Positions 1 to 13,540 of a stretch of 64,000 nucleotides of DNA are shown here, one piece after another (position 1 is the stretch's first letter; every line of letters starts with the position of its first letter). Origin of the DNA: Mobula birostris (Eukaryota); the NCBI RefSeq assembly GCF_030028105.1, contig NC_092379.1, positions 101,112,408 through 101,176,407 on the forward strand, given 5' to 3'. Made by a program: the position numbers and the translations under genes. The notes beneath the pieces were generated by a model that was not told where the DNA came from, made no database searches, and saw only the letters and a program-made list of their open reading frames with translations.

Positions 1-85
1 AATGGTCAACTAATATCCCTCGGGTCACTAAGACGTGACTCCAGTACCAGAACTTTGAAACAAATTTTCAGGGCATTCTCTAATA

Positions 86-825
86 CAGTGGTCCCCAACC
101 ACCGGGCCGCAAAGCATGCGCTACCGGCTGTGAGGAACGATATGAGTCAGCTGCACCTTTCCTCATTCCCTGTCACGCAATGTTGAACTTGAACATAGAG
201 TTGCCAACTGTCCCGTATTTGCCGGGACATCCCGTATATTGGGCTAAATTGGTTTGTCCATACTGGACTGCCCTTGTCCCATATTTCCCCCGCTAAGGTA
301 GAGCATTCCTATGAAACCTTTCATGCCGAAATGGCGTAAAGCGCAGAAGCAATTACCACTAATTTATATGCGAAAAACTTTTCAGCGTTCCCAGACCCAA
401 AAAATCACCTACCAAATCATACCAAATAACACATAAAACCGAAAATAACACTAACATATAGTAAAAGCAGGAATGATATGATAAATACACAGCCTATATA
501 AAGAAATAATGTATGTACAGTATAGTCGGGAAGATTAAGTCAAAACTGATTTGTGGAAAAAAAAAATCGGCATGTATGCGCATGCGCACACAGGTGCCCG
601 CGCAAGGCTTCATGGTCATGGTAGCCTTTCTCGGGGTAAACGCTGTCCCGTATTTGACTGTTACTTTTGTCCCTCATTTGGGAGTGAAAAAGTTGGCAAC
701 CCTAACTGTAAGAGACATGTTGAGGTGAGTTTAACCCTACTTGAACACCCCGCCCCCCCCCTGCCCGGCAAGAATATTGTCAATATTAAAATGGTCCGCG
801 GTGCAAAAAAGGTTGGGGACCCCCG
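86..825. mobile_element. Non-autonomous hAT (Charlie-like) DNA transposon
   Basis: TIRs CAGTGGTCCCCAACC (86-100) and GGTTGGGGACCCCCG (811-825); 8-bp TSD ctctaata (78-85) / ctctacta (826-833); no coding capacity. Confidence 0.8.
197..703. mobile_element. Nested TIR element (MITE) inside the hAT element
   Basis: Inverted termini AGAGTTGCCAAC (197-208) and GTTGGCAACCCT (692-703); repeated TGTCCCGTATT subterminal motifs. Confidence 0.55.
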
Positions 826-984
826 CTCTACTAGGACATGACACTGTGTTTTTCAAATGGTTGTATCTTGGGAACTACTTTTTCTACAGTTCTCAGTTTC
901 TATGGTATAAATATGAATATATTCTGAAGTATATGTAAGACTTTCATAATTCCTGTAGTTACCAGGGACTCCAGTATCCCTGGT

Positions 985-1595
985 AACAACATTTACATGA
1001 AATGCATTGCGTGTTCCTTGCAGACCATGTTAAAGAACTGGATCTGCAGCTGGATGACCTTCAGCTCACATGAGAGAATGAGGAGGTGATAGATAGGAGC
1101 TACAGTAAGGTAGACACACCCAAGTTGCATCAGGCAAGTACCTGGGTGACTGTCAGGAGAGGGAAAGGAAAAGGGCAGCCAGTGCAGAGTACCCCTGTGA
1201 CCATTGGCTTCAATAATAAGTATACCACTTTGGATACTCTTGGGAAAGACAATCTATCAGAGGAAACCCATAGCACCTGGATATCTGACACTGAGTCTGG
1301 CTCTATGGCTCAGAGGGAATATAGGGGGAGAAGAGAGGTGCAGTCGTGAAAGGAGACTCCATAGTTAGAGAAGACAGGAGATTCTGTGGACGTGAAAGAG
1401 ACACATGGATGGTATGTTGCTTCACAGGTGCCAGGGTCAGGAATGTCTTAGATTGGGTCCACAGCTTTCTAAAGGGGGAGGGTGAGCAACCTTAAGTCAT
1501 GGTATATATCAGTACCATCAACAAACATTGGAAAAGGGAGTAGGTCACAAACAGGGAATATAAGGAGTGAGGAAGAAAGCTGAAAAGCAGAACAC
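985..1595 (+). mobile_element. CR1-type LINE ORF1 (esterase/SGNH-like) degenerate fragment
   Basis: WVTVRRGKG...NKYTTLDT, GDSIVR and CFTGARV motifs typical of CR1 ORF1; paralogous to 11130-11880; stops and frameshifts. Confidence 0.7.
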
Positions 1596-1852
1596 TACTA
1601 GAGCTTGGGATGTTAGAGTTTGGGGTTCAGTTCCGATATCCTCTGTAAGTAAGTTTCTACATTCCTTCCTGTGTGTGTGTTTACTCCAGGTGCTCAAGTT
1701 ACTTCCCACAGTCCAAAGACGTGCTGGTTAGAAGGTTAACAGGCCATTGTAAATTGTCCCATGATTAGGCAAGGGTTAAACTGGAGGGTTGGTGGGCATG
1801 GTTCGAAGGGCTGGAAGGGCCTGTTCCGTGCTGTATCTCAAAATAAGTAAAT
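1596..1852 (+). mobile_element. V-SINE-like tRNA-derived SINE
   Basis: GGTTCAGTTCC B-box-like motif followed by a V-domain-like CTCCAGGTGCTC...TTCCCACAGTCCAAAGACGTGC; A-rich tail. Confidence 0.65.
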
Positions 1853-1859
1853 AAGGACT

Positions 1860-2365
1860 AGAAAATAAAAGCAAGTATGTGATGCTGAGACTTTGTAAGG
1901 CATTGGTCATATGCAATTTGAGTAATGTGAACAGTTTTTGATCCCTTACCAAAGCAAAGATGTGTCGGCATCGGATAAGATCCAGAGGAGGTTCCAAGAA
2001 TGATTCTGGGAATGGAAAGATTGTGGAGAGTGGATGTGGAGAGGATGTTTCCTAATGTGGGGAAACCTAGGACCAGAGGGCACAGCCTCGGGATAGAGGA
2101 ATGTCCATTTACAACAAAGATGAGAAGGAATTTTTTTTGAAAGAGGATATGGAATCTGTGGAATTAATTGTGCTATGGAGGCTAAGTCACTGGGTATATT
2201 TAAAGCAGAGGTTAAGAGATGCTTGATTATCAGGGCATCAAAGGTTACAGAGAGAAGGCAGGAGAATAGGGTTGAGAGGGATAATAAATCAACCATGATG
2301 AAATATGGACCAGACTCAATGGGCCAAATGGCCTAATTCAGCTCCTTTGTCTTATGGTCTTATAA
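1860..2365 (+). mobile_element. CR1 LINE 3' fragment
   Basis: Degenerate ORF2 C-terminus (RMFPNVGKPRTRGHSL) and CR1 3' UTR ending gctcctttgtcttatggtctta. Confidence 0.75.
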
Positions 2366-5227
2366 ATTAAGAGATATTCATAATTGTAATCTACAACCAC
2401 AGCTTATAGTTACAAAATACCTTCAAACACATTTCACTGGAATTGATTCGGATAGTAAGCATTTAACTTTTGGAGAACAAATAGAAGAAAGGAGGAGAAA
2501 GAAAAGAAGAGTCAGAGATATTGCAGGACAGAATTTCAAACTTTGCTGGAGAAAACTAGCAATGGTAGGGTGAAAGCAACTGGAGTAATATAGATATCTA
2601 TACCTGCTAAACCATAAAATAATTTGACTGTTCAGCAGTTTGGTGAAAAAGGATGAAAAGCAGAATGTAAGACTCATGACAGAATAACCTCAGAGCAATG
2701 AAATGAAAATGGAAATTGCTGAAGAGATCCAAAGGACAACCATTAAGGTGTGTCCTTTAATGACAGTTATAAAAAATCTCTCCTACTCCACTTCATGCCA
2801 ACGCTATTTCACTATGTGGAACTTGGACATCACAAGACCAGCATTACTCAGGCTCAGTTTATGTCAGTATCACTAATTATTCGTAGGCTGATAAAAGTGC
2901 TGGAAATATGATGTATATATGAAAATATAGACTGCTCTCAAATTAAACATTGTTAAAAACCCAATTTGGCTACACTTTCTCTATGTGTTGCAAGGCCCAC
3001 AAAACTGTCATGATATCTTCAAAAAAAAAAAACAGCATTATGTAGCCATGGCCTAGCTCTGATTTGCAATAGTCTAACTTCTGAACTTCACTCAGAAATG
3101 TCTAAAGTATTCAAACTATTGAAGACTTAGAAGAAAATCAGTTTCAATTTTAATTTTATTGAAGTGCCTACAATTTTCCGTATTTTCCAATAGTTTCAAA
3201 GAAATGTTTTGAATTTTTTTTTCCCTAGTCTGAGCTGAAGATCAGAAACCTCAATCAGAATATAACTATATCTCAAGAGGTAACACACTGGCACTACCTA
3301 ATTGCCCAGGATTATCTCCAGGAATGACAGCACTATTTGAATTAGTTTAAAATGGGTCATGTGTTCATGAAAGTTTTTCTGGGCTGGGGATCAGGCTGAG
3401 AGTATTTCCAATTTCCAATTAGGATATCACCATAAGGTTCAAAGTGGAGTGAATGCAATGAGTGCCTGTGAAATCAGTCATTTAGCAGGCTGTGTAAGCA
3501 GTATGATTGCTCAGTACTGAGGTATGGCACTCAGGGACACACCCTGCTAGCACAGAGGCTGTCAGCCATTGCTAGGGATTAACAGTTACTGCACCACATG
3601 TTGACAGATTGTCCCGTTTCCAGTGCTCCCTCAATATCTCCTCTTGAAAGTTTTTGTCTCTTCTCTCCAGGTGCAGAGCTCTCCCAGGTGTGGTGCAGGA
3701 ATAAACAGAGGAGGATACAACAGCATTCAATCAGAGATGAAGAAGACCACCTTAGAAACTGGACAGTCCGTAAATTGATGGACAGAGGCAATGGACCACA
3801 TTCATTTTGCCAACCATCTCAGCACTGAGACACTTGCACCACTTGCCACAGCCTACCCAAAATTAATCTTCACAAGCATACTCAGCACACTTGCCTCCAT
3901 GTCTCACTCCACAAACTGAACCCAATTAAAAGTGAAATTCAATAAAGTAATTATCTTTGTTAAAAAGTAATTTGTAAATTGAAAAGTGAATTACAGAATT
4001 TTCGACTGTATTTCACGGCCATAAAGTAAAAAAAAAGTATTATTAGTATATTAATAAAGTATACCTAAAGTTCAAAAATTTCTTATTCTATATTTGATAC
4101 TCAGCCAGTAAAATACAAATATATTTTAGGACAATAATAACTGCTGCAGTCTTCGCGATTCTGATGTTTTGCAATCATTAATTCACAATAATAGGACAAA
4201 AATGTGACAACTTTTTAAACTGGCAACAACCCAGCAAACCAATATTGTGTAAGAGGAAGGAAAATTATGCTTTCCTAATTCATACCAGTATGCCTGCAAC
4301 ATCCAGTATGAACTGTAAATATTATAAAATAGCTCATTTAACTAGCTGTCCAAAACTGAAAACACTCAATTCAATCATTCTAATTACTGCATTGTTGGTA
4401 TTTACATAACGGATATCTTATTCAATGCCCTGAAATAAAAACAGGAATCCGAGTCTGCAGAATAAAAAACTCATTTTTACTTGTTTAACAAATTGGTATC
4501 AATGATGTAGAGGGAAAATAGTTGACTTTCAACATATTGGCATAACATTGAAATTATGTTGCTTTAAGATTCAACTTTAATTAATACTTTCAGATTAAGC
4601 AAAGATAAGAATAACTGTATTCCAGTGATTCATAATTCAAATTATCATTTAAAAAGCAACTGCATTTGGGAAGAGAATGTTTGGAATGTAATTGTACTGA
4701 TACATGTTATAATCAGAGATCAAGGAGAGTGGCATGATAACATTTAAAGTATCAATAACTTTTTTAAATCTTAATTTAAAAAAAAGTTCAACTAAAAGAA
4801 CATTTTATCTGTACAACTCTGCTTCATTAAACTCTAATCACACCATAATAGTGTGAAACTAACATTTTCAACCAAGTCCAGAGACTATGGGTGAAATTGT
4901 AAAGCTGCAGACATTTCATTAATGTGTTTCCAGAATATTTATTAAAAATATTGTTGTCAGAAACGATGGCCAGGCACAGATGCCAAGGGTAGTGTGAGGG
5001 TATTTTATCAACAGGGAGATGCAGCATTTTTTTGATGTGCAATAAACAATAAGACTTTTGGGAAGTGTTAATTTTATAGCAACATTAATGAAACTACCAA
5101 GATCAAATACATGTGATAAAGAAAATAGTTGCAAAATTTGCTGTTTTTCAGGTCTGTTATCAAAATATGAAGTCAACCAGTATGAGGCGTGAAACCATTT
5201 TCTCAGAAACCATTTACAGTTCAGAAG

Positions 5228-5668
5228 CATGAGAAAATCTGCAAATGCTGAAAATCCAAAGCAACATACACAAAATACTGAAGGAACTCAGCAGGTCAGG
5301 CAGCATCTATGGAAAAGAGTAAACAGTTGATGTGAGAGAATTTGATAGGAGAGGAGAGTAGACGATAGGAGAAAGGGAAGGAGGAGGGGACCTGGGGGAA
5401 GAAATAGGCAGGTGAGAAGAAGTAAAAGGTCAGAGTGGAGAATGCAGGAAGTGGAGGTGGGCGATTTTGTTCACCAGAGGGAGAAATCAGGTTGGAGGGT
5501 ACCTGTTAGAATACAAGGTATTCTCTTCCACCCTGAAGGTGGCCTCATCTTCGCACAAGAGAAGGCCATGAATCAACATGTCAGAATAGGAATTAAAATG
5601 TTTGACCACCGGGAAGTCTCGCCTGTGGCAGGTGATGCAGAGGTGCTTGATGAAGTGGTCTCGCAATT
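5228..5668 (-). mobile_element. Penelope-like element fragment (GIY-YIG C-terminus, 3' UTR, pLTR)
   Basis: Minus strand reads RDHFIKHL...VKHFNS...HGLL...EE...GTLQPD, followed by a pyrimidine-rich UTR and the recurrent GATGCTGCCTGACCTGCTGAGTTCC repeat. Confidence 0.65.
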
Positions 5669-6222
5669 TGACAGCTTTCCAATTTTATATAAATATTCAG
5701 AGGACCTGTTACCCTATTTGAAACTGTGCCCATACAGTAATAAGAAAAACGTAGTTTTCCATGATGTGGAATTCTGGGGGGGGGGGGGGGGGGGTCACTT
5801 GTGTAGAAGTGGAAACAAAGGTTAGTCTGACTATATGTACACTTGGCTTTTTAACATGCAACAATTCATTGCTGGGTTTTTTTTGAAAGGGCTATTAACT
5901 GCATCAATGATTAAAATTGGTATCAAAATTATTCAGTGCACTTCCTAAAATTCTTCCTTAATAGATTGAAGCCAAGATATTACGACTATGAGATCTCTTG
6001 AACGAGCATCAGCTTCCATTGAAAACAATAAATTCAAGAATTAGCATTCCCTATTACTTCAGATGCAAGTAAAGCACTATGTGAAGAAGTAACACTACAC
6101 TACAAGCAAAAGGCATGAGTGAGCAATTAAAAGGTTCAACATTTAAGCGGTGCTTGAGAAGTATAAATAAATCTCATATGGAATTTCAGCAATAGCATTA
6201 TGGATAGTGGAATTTTAAAATA

Positions 6223-7851
6223 CAGTGGCATGCAAAAGTTTGGGAACCCCTGGTCAAAATTTCTGTTACTGTGAACAGTTAACTGAGTAGAAGAGGAACT
6301 GATCTCCAAAAGTCATAAAGTTAAAGATGAAACATTCTTTTCAATGTTTTAAGCAAGATGAGTGTATTATTTTTGTTTTGTACAACTTTAAAGTGAAAAA
6401 AAGGACAGGAGCACCATGCAAAAGTTTGGGCACTTTTCAAGAGAGTTGAGCTCTCGAATAACTTTTACCAAGGTCTCAGACTTTAATTAGCTTGTTAGGG
6501 CTATGGCTTGTTCACAGTCAGTGTTAGGAAAGGCCAGGTGATGCAAATTTCAAAGCTTTATAAATACCCTGCCTCCTCAAACCTTGTTCCAACAATCAGC
6601 AGCCATGGGCTCCTCTAAGCAGCTGTCGAGCACTCTGAAAATTAAAATAAGTGATGCCCACAAAGCAGGTGAAGGCTATAATTATAATAAGTTAGCAAAG
6701 CGTTTTCAGGTAGCCATTCCCTCAGTTCGTCATGTAATTAAGAAATGGCAGTTAACAGGAACGGTGGAGGGCAAGTTGAGGTCTGGAAGACCAAGACAAC
6801 TTTCCGAGAGAACTGCTCGTAGGATTGCTAGAAAGGCAAATCAAAGCCCCCATTTGACTGCAAAAGACATTCAGGAAGATTTAGCAGACTCTGGAGTGGT
6901 GGTACACTGTTCTACTATGCAGTGACACCTGCACAGATATGACCTTCATGGAATAGTCATCAGAAGAAAACCTTTCCTGCATCCTCACCACAAAATTCAG
7001 CGTCAGAAGTTTGCAAAGGAACATCTAAACAACCCTGATGCGTTTTGGAAACAAGTCCTGTGGACTGGTGAAGTTAAAATAGAACTTTTTGGTTGCAATG
7101 AACAACAGTATGTTTGGAGAAAAAATGGTGCAGAATTTCATAAAAAGAACACCTCTCCAACTGTTGAGCACGGGGGGTGGATCGATCACGCTTTGGGCTT
7201 GTGTTGCAGCCAGTGGCACGGGGAACATTTCACTGGTAGAGGGAAGAACGAATTCAATTAAATACCAGCAAATTCTAGAAGCAAAAATCACACCATCAGT
7301 AAAAAAGCTGAAGATGAAAAGAGGACGGCTTCTGCAACAGGATAATGACCCAAAACACACCTCAAAATCCACAATGGACTACCTCAAAAGGCGCAAGCTG
7401 AAGGTTTTGCCATGGCCCTCAGCCCCCTGACCTAAACATCATCGAAAATCCGTGGATAGACCTCAAAAGAGCAGTACTTGCAAGACAGCCCAATGATCTC
7501 ACAGAACTAGAAGTCTTTTGCAAGGAAGAATGGGCGAAAATCCCCCAAACAAGAATTGAAAGACTCTTAGCTGGCTACAGAAAGCGTTTACAAGCTGTGA
7601 TACTTGCCAAAGGAGGTGTTACTAAGTACTGACCATGCAGAGTGCCCAAACTTTTGCTTTGGGCTTTTTCCTTTTTTGTTATTTTGAAACTGTAAAAGAT
7701 AGAAATAAAAATGTAATCTTGCTTAAAATATTAAAGAAATGTGTCATCTTTAACTTTATGCCTTTTGGAAATCAGGTCATCTTTTACTCGCTTAGCTGTT
7801 CACAGTAACAGAAATTTTGACCAGGGGTGCCCAAACTTTTGCATGCCACTG
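6223..7851 (+). mobile_element. Full-length Tc1/mariner transposon (IR/DR type), transposase pseudogene 6605-7632
   Basis: TA flanks; TIRs CAGTGGCATGCAAAAGTTTGGG / CCCAAACTTTTGCATGCCACTG with internal direct repeats; paired-like HTH (RSGRPR), QQDNDPKH, PDLNIIE, C-terminal TKY*; premature TGA at 6923 and frameshifts. Confidence 0.95.
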
Positions 7852-8014
7852 TATATTACTTAGTCAAACAGAGGAAAATACCTCATGTTAGATCCTTCTC
7901 AAGTACTAAATTGAGTAATCTCATCCAGAAACCCCACCAAGATTCATAGTCTGTGGGTGTAAGCCTCATGACTATTTTTGCTACCATTATACTAAGGAAT
8001 CATTGTAGTATCAT

Positions 8015-8150
8015 AAACATGAGCAAATCCGCAGATGCTAGAAATCCAAAGCAACATACACAAAATGCTGGAGGAACTCAGCAGGTCGGACAGCATCTAT
8101 GGAAAAGAGTGAACAGTACACATTTTGATTCAAGACCCTTCATTGATGGA
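8015..8150 (-). mobile_element. Penelope pLTR fragment
   Basis: gcagatgctagaaatccaaagcaacatacacaaaatgctggaggaactcagcagg, same family as 5228, 25680, 29131, 35394 and 47944. Confidence 0.65.
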
Positions 8151-8307
8151 AAAACCATTCAAGGCTTCAGCATAGAGAGGTTTCAGTGACAGAAGATGAA
8201 AAAGCTGTTGGTGGATTTTTCCCTCAGTTTATTTATTGTTTTCCTTCTTTATGTTTGCATAGTTCAAACAGTAGGAATGCCAAACAGGACGGCTGAATGC
8301 TCCTCTT

Positions 8308-9010
8308 AAACCATAAGACATAGGAGCAGAACTAGGCCATCTGGCCCGTCAAGTCTACATTGCCATTCAATCACGGCTGATCCTTTTTTTCTCTCCTCCT
8401 CAACCCCAGCTCCCAGCCTTGTCCCCGTAACCTTTGATGCCATGTCCAATCAAGAACCTATCAATCTCGGTCTTAAATATATCCAACAAACTGGCCTCCA
8501 CAGCTACATGTGGCAATAAATTCCACAAATTCACCACCCTTTGGCTGAAGAAATGTCGCCATGTCTCCGCTTTGAAAAGGCACCCCTCTACCGAGGCTGT
8601 GTCCTCTTGTCCTAGACTCTCCCATGATGGGAAGCATCCTTTCCACATCTACTCTGTCTAGCCCTTACAACATTCAAAAGGTTTCAATGAGATCTCCCCT
8701 CATCTTTCTGAATTCCAGCGAGTACAGGCCCAGAGCCATCAAATGTTCCTTGTATGATAACCCTTTCATTCCTGGAATCATCCTTGTGAAACTCCTCTGG
8801 ACACCTCTCCAATGCCAGCACATCTTTTTTTAAGATGAGGGGCCCAAAACGGTTCACAATACCCAAAAGTGAAGCCTCACCAGTGCCTCATAAAGCCTCA
8901 GCATCACATCCTTGTTTTTGTATTCTAGACCTCTTGAAATGAATGCTAATTTTGCATTTGCCTTCCTCACCACCTCACCACCAAGTCAACCTGCAAGTTA
9001 ACCTTTACGG
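8308..9010 (-). mobile_element. CR1 LINE 3' fragment
   Basis: Minus-strand HFFSQRVVNLWNLLP...FKTEIDRFL; CR1 3' end (ccataagacataggagcagaa on + strand). Confidence 0.85.
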
Positions 9011-9024
9011 TAATGCAGGATAGT

Positions 9025-11097
9025 AACATAGAAAATAGGTGCAGGGGTAGGCCATTTGGCCCGTCGAGCCTGCACCGCCATTTATTATGATCATGGCTGA
9101 TCATCCAACTCAGAACCCCGCCCCAGCCTTCCCTCCATACCCCCTGACCCCCGTAGCCACAAGGGCCATATCTAACTCCCTCTTAAATATAGCCAATGAA
9201 CTGGCCTCAACTGTTTCCTGTGGCAGAGAATTCCACAGATTCACCACTCTCTGTGTGAAGAAGTTTTTCCTAATCTCGGTCCTAAAAGGCTTCCCCTTTA
9301 TCCTCAAACTGTGGCCCCTCGTTCTGGACTTCCCCAACATCGGGAACAATCTTCCTGCATCTAGCCTGTCCAATCCCTTTAGGATCTTATACGTTTCAAT
9401 CAGATACCCCTCAATCTTCTAAATTCCAACGAGTACAAGCCCAGTTCATCCAGTCTTTCTTCATATGAAAGTCCTGCCATCCCAGGAATCAATCTGGTGA
9501 ACCTTCTTTGTACTCCCTCTATGGCAAGGATATCTTTCCTCAGATTAGGGGACCAAAACTGCACACAATACTCCAGGTGTGGTCTCACCAAGGCCTTGTA
9601 CAACTGCAGTAGACCTCCTTGCTCCTGTACTCGAATCCGCTCGCTATAAATGCCAGCATACCATTCGCCGTTTTCACCACCTGCTGTACCTGCATGCCCA
9701 CTTTCAATGACTGGTGTATAATGACACCCAGGTCTCGTTGCACCTCCTCTTTTCCTAATCGGCCACCATTCAGATAATAATCTGTTTTCCTATTTTTGCC
9801 ACCAAAGTGGACAACTTCACATTTATCCACATTAAATTGCATCTGCCATGAATTTGCCCACTCACCCAACCTATCCAAGTCACCCTGCATCCTCTTAGCA
9901 TCCTCCTCACAGCTAACACTGCCACCCAGCTTCGTGTCATCCGCAAACTTGGAGATGCTGCATTTAATTCCCTCATCCAAGTCATTAATATATATTGTAA
10001 ACAACTGGGGTCCCAGCACTGAGCCTTGCGGTACCCCACTAGTCACCGCCTGCCATTCTGAAAAAGTCCCATTTATCCCCACTCTTTGCTTCCTGTCTGC
10101 TAACCAATTCTCCACCCACACCAATACCTTACCCCCAATACCATGTGCTTTAAGTTTGCACACTAATCTCCAGTGTGGGACCTTGTCAAAAGCCTTCTGA
10201 AAATCCAAATATACCACATCCACTGGTTCTCCCCTATCCACTCTACTAGTTACATCCTCAAAAAATTCTATGAGATTCGTCAGACATGATTTTCCTTTCA
10301 CAAATCCATGCTGACTTTGTCCGATCATTTCACCGCTTTCCAAATGTGCTGTTATCACATCCTTGATAACTGACTCCAGCAGTTTCCCCACCACCGACGT
10401 TAGACTAACCGGTCTATAATTCCCCGGTTTCTCTCTCCCTCCTTTTTTAAAAAGTGGAGTTACATTATTAACCACCCTCCAATCCTCAGGAACTAGTCCA
10501 GAATCTAACGAGTTTTGAAAAATTATCACTAATGCATCCACTATTTCTTGGGCTACTTCCTTAAGCACTCTAGGATGCAGACCATCAGGCCCTGGGGATT
10601 TATCTGCCTTCAATTCCTTCAATTTACCTAACACCACTTCCCTACTAACATGTATTTCGCTCAGTTCCTCCATCTCACTGGACCCTCTGTCCCCTACTAT
10701 TTCTGGAAGATTATTTATGTCCTTAGTGAAGACAGAACCAAAGTAATTATTCAATTGGTCTGCCATGTCCTTGCTCCCCATAATCAATTCACCTGTTTCT
10801 GTCTGCAGGGGACCTACATTTGTCTTTACCAGTCTTTTCCTTTTTACATATCTATAAAAGCTTTTACAGTCCGTTTTTATGTTCCCTGCCAGTTTTCTCT
10901 CATAATCTTTTTTCCCCTTCCTAATTAAGCCCTTTGTCCTCCTCTGCTGAACTCTGAATTTCTCCCAGTCCTCAGGTGAGTCACTTTCTCTGGCTAATTT
11001 GTATGCTTCTTCTTTGGAATTGATACTATCCCTAATTTCTCTTGTCAGCCACGGGTGCACTACCTTCCTTGATTTATTCTTTTGCCAAACTGGGAAA
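9025..11097 (-). mobile_element. 5'-truncated CR1 LINE with near-intact reverse transcriptase
   Basis: ORF 9585-11102 has KSPGPDG, NYRPVSLTS, YLDFQKAFD, PQGSVLGP and KFADD; continues through frameshifts (9400-9603, 9110-9373) to the 3' UTR. Confidence 0.95.
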
Positions 11098-11129
11098 AGC
11101 ACAGAGACGTGCAGCGCTCCTTTGACAAC

Positions 11130-11880
11130 TTCACCTGCAAAAAGCGCATCCAGACGCAGCTTCTAACACTCTGCGGTAAGGAGTTGAGGTGGAACTAGAT
11201 GAACTCCAGATCACTTGAGACGCTGAGGGGATGATAGATAGGACATGTAGAGAGGTAGTTACATCCAAGGTGCTAGACACAGGAAACTGGGTGACAGTCA
11301 GGAAGGGGAAAGTGGTTAAACAACCAGTGCAGAGTACACCAACCTCAACAACTTTGGATACTTTGGAGGTGGGGGTGGGGGTGGGATGACCTAGCAGAGG
11401 AAAGTCACAGTGGTCAAATCTTTGGCTCTGTTACTCAGAAAGGAAAGGGTGGGGGGGGGGGGTTAGAAAAGGCGAGCTGTGGTGATAGGGGATTCATCAG
11501 TCAGGGAAACAGAAAGGAGGTTATGTTGGCAAGAACGAGATTCCCGGTTTGTAACTGCCTCCCGGGTGCCAGGGTCTGGGAAATCTCAGCTCAAGTCCTC
11601 AGCATTCTTAAGTGGGACAGTGAACAATCAAAGGTCATCATCCATGTATGTACTAATGACATAGGTAGGAAGAGTTCTACAAAGTGAGTTCAGGGAGTTT
11701 GGTGCCATGTTAAAGGACAGAACTTCCAGAGTTGTGATCTCTGGATTGTTAGTAAGACCAGAAATTGGAAAATTATACAGTTTTAACACATGGCTAAGGA
11801 GTTGGTGTAGGAGGGAGTGCATAAGATTTTTGGATCATTGGGCTCTCTTCCACAGAAGCTGGGATCTGTACAGAAGAAGA
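11130..11880 (+). mobile_element. CR1 ORF1 (esterase-like) fragment
   Basis: VIGDSSVR, RVVISGLL, WCRRECIRFLDHW motifs. Confidence 0.7.
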
Positions 11881-12884
11881 AGCAGTACCACAGCAAAAAA
11901 GCAAGGGCCAACAGGCTCCAAGACAGCTTCTTCCATCAGGCCATCAGACTGATTAATTCATGCTGACACAACTGTATTTCTATGTTGTATCAACTATCCT
12001 GTTGTATATACTACTTATTATACAGTACTATAAATTACACATTGCACATTTAGATGGAAATATAATGTAAAAATTTTTACTCCCCATGTATATGAAAGTC
12101 AATTCAATTCAATTCAATTATATGCATTTTAAAAGAAAATGAGAATAAAAACATCCTCAACTACTTCTCACTTGGCTTGACAACATCTCACTTCCGTCTT
12201 GTCTGATACCATTTTTTCCCCATATCTGCTTCAGGCAGAAGCTCGCTCCCAATTCATTGGAACTGCACAATCAAAATCTCAACCATCTAGTCTATGGTCC
12301 TGCATTCAACAAAATTGTCTTCATGATCAGTAGTTTGTTTTGCCAACTAGTCATATTATTGCTTCCTTAAATTTGCTAAACATCAATTTCGCCAACCCAG
12401 CACCCCAATTAGTTGATGTTATTGAGTTTCTGAGCTCAGATACTGTGCCCTTTCCAACCTTCACTGCTCTTCACAACAAGATCAAAACTCATGAACTCTG
12501 TAAATACTATCACAAGTTCAATTTCCCCTTGCTCCCTTAAATCTAGGAACATGATTCTGTCTTCCAAATCATTCCCAGAAACCCTTGTCTAAACCTCTAA
12601 ATCAGATTTCTGGCATTATGGTGGTATCCAAAGGGTTCCTAATATGGTCACAAATAAAATTCGAATTAATTAAGAAATAGGTGAATAGAAATATACCCCA
12701 GAGCCCAGAGGGGATATTTCTAGTTGTAACAACTACACGCCACCCTCCCCCCCGCCCCCCACACACACACAAGCTCCGACGGCCACCATCATGTAGTGCA
12801 TTGAGAGACTGGTCACAGCACTCAGTAACTCCAGCCTTCCATACAATCTCAACCCACTGCAATTCACATACCACCTAAACAAGT

Positions 12885-13540
12885 CTACAGTAGATACCAT
12901 CTCCCTGGACCTACACTGATCTCTGGAGCATCTGGGCAGTAAGGCTACCTATGTCAAACTATTGTTTATTGACTATAGCTCTGCATTCAACATTATAATT
13001 CCAAGCAAACTCATCATCAACCTTGAAACCCTGGGAGTTGATAATTCCCCCTGCAACTGGATCCTTGACTTACTGACCAACAGACCACAATCAGTATGGA
13101 TAGGCAGCAACACCTTTGCCATGATTATTCTAAATACTGGTGCTTCACAAGCTTGTATCCTTAACCCCCTGCTCTACTCCCTGTACACTCATGACTATGT
13201 GAACAGGTTCTGCTCTTTCGCTGCTACAAGTCTGCAAATACCACTGTAGTGGAGGATATTTAAAATAACGATGAGTCGAAGTACAGGAAGTACAAAAAGG
13301 AAATGAGAACTTAGTAACATGGTGTCATGACAACAAACTTTCCCTCACTGTCAGCAATACTAAAGAACTGGTCATTGATTCATGAAGGGGGTCAATGCAC
13401 GTGCTCCTGCCTGTATCAACTGTATTGAGGTTGAGAGTGAACGTTACCAATAGCCTGTCTTGGGCCAACCACACAGGTGCCAAAAAAGCTCACCAACATC
13501 TTCCTCAGGAGGCTAAAGAAACGTCGCATGTTTCCACCAA
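12885..13540 (+). mobile_element. Rex1/L2-like LINE RT fragment
   Basis: LFIDYSSAFNII, CNWILDLLTNRPQSV, TGASQACILNPLLYSLYTHD. Confidence 0.8.
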
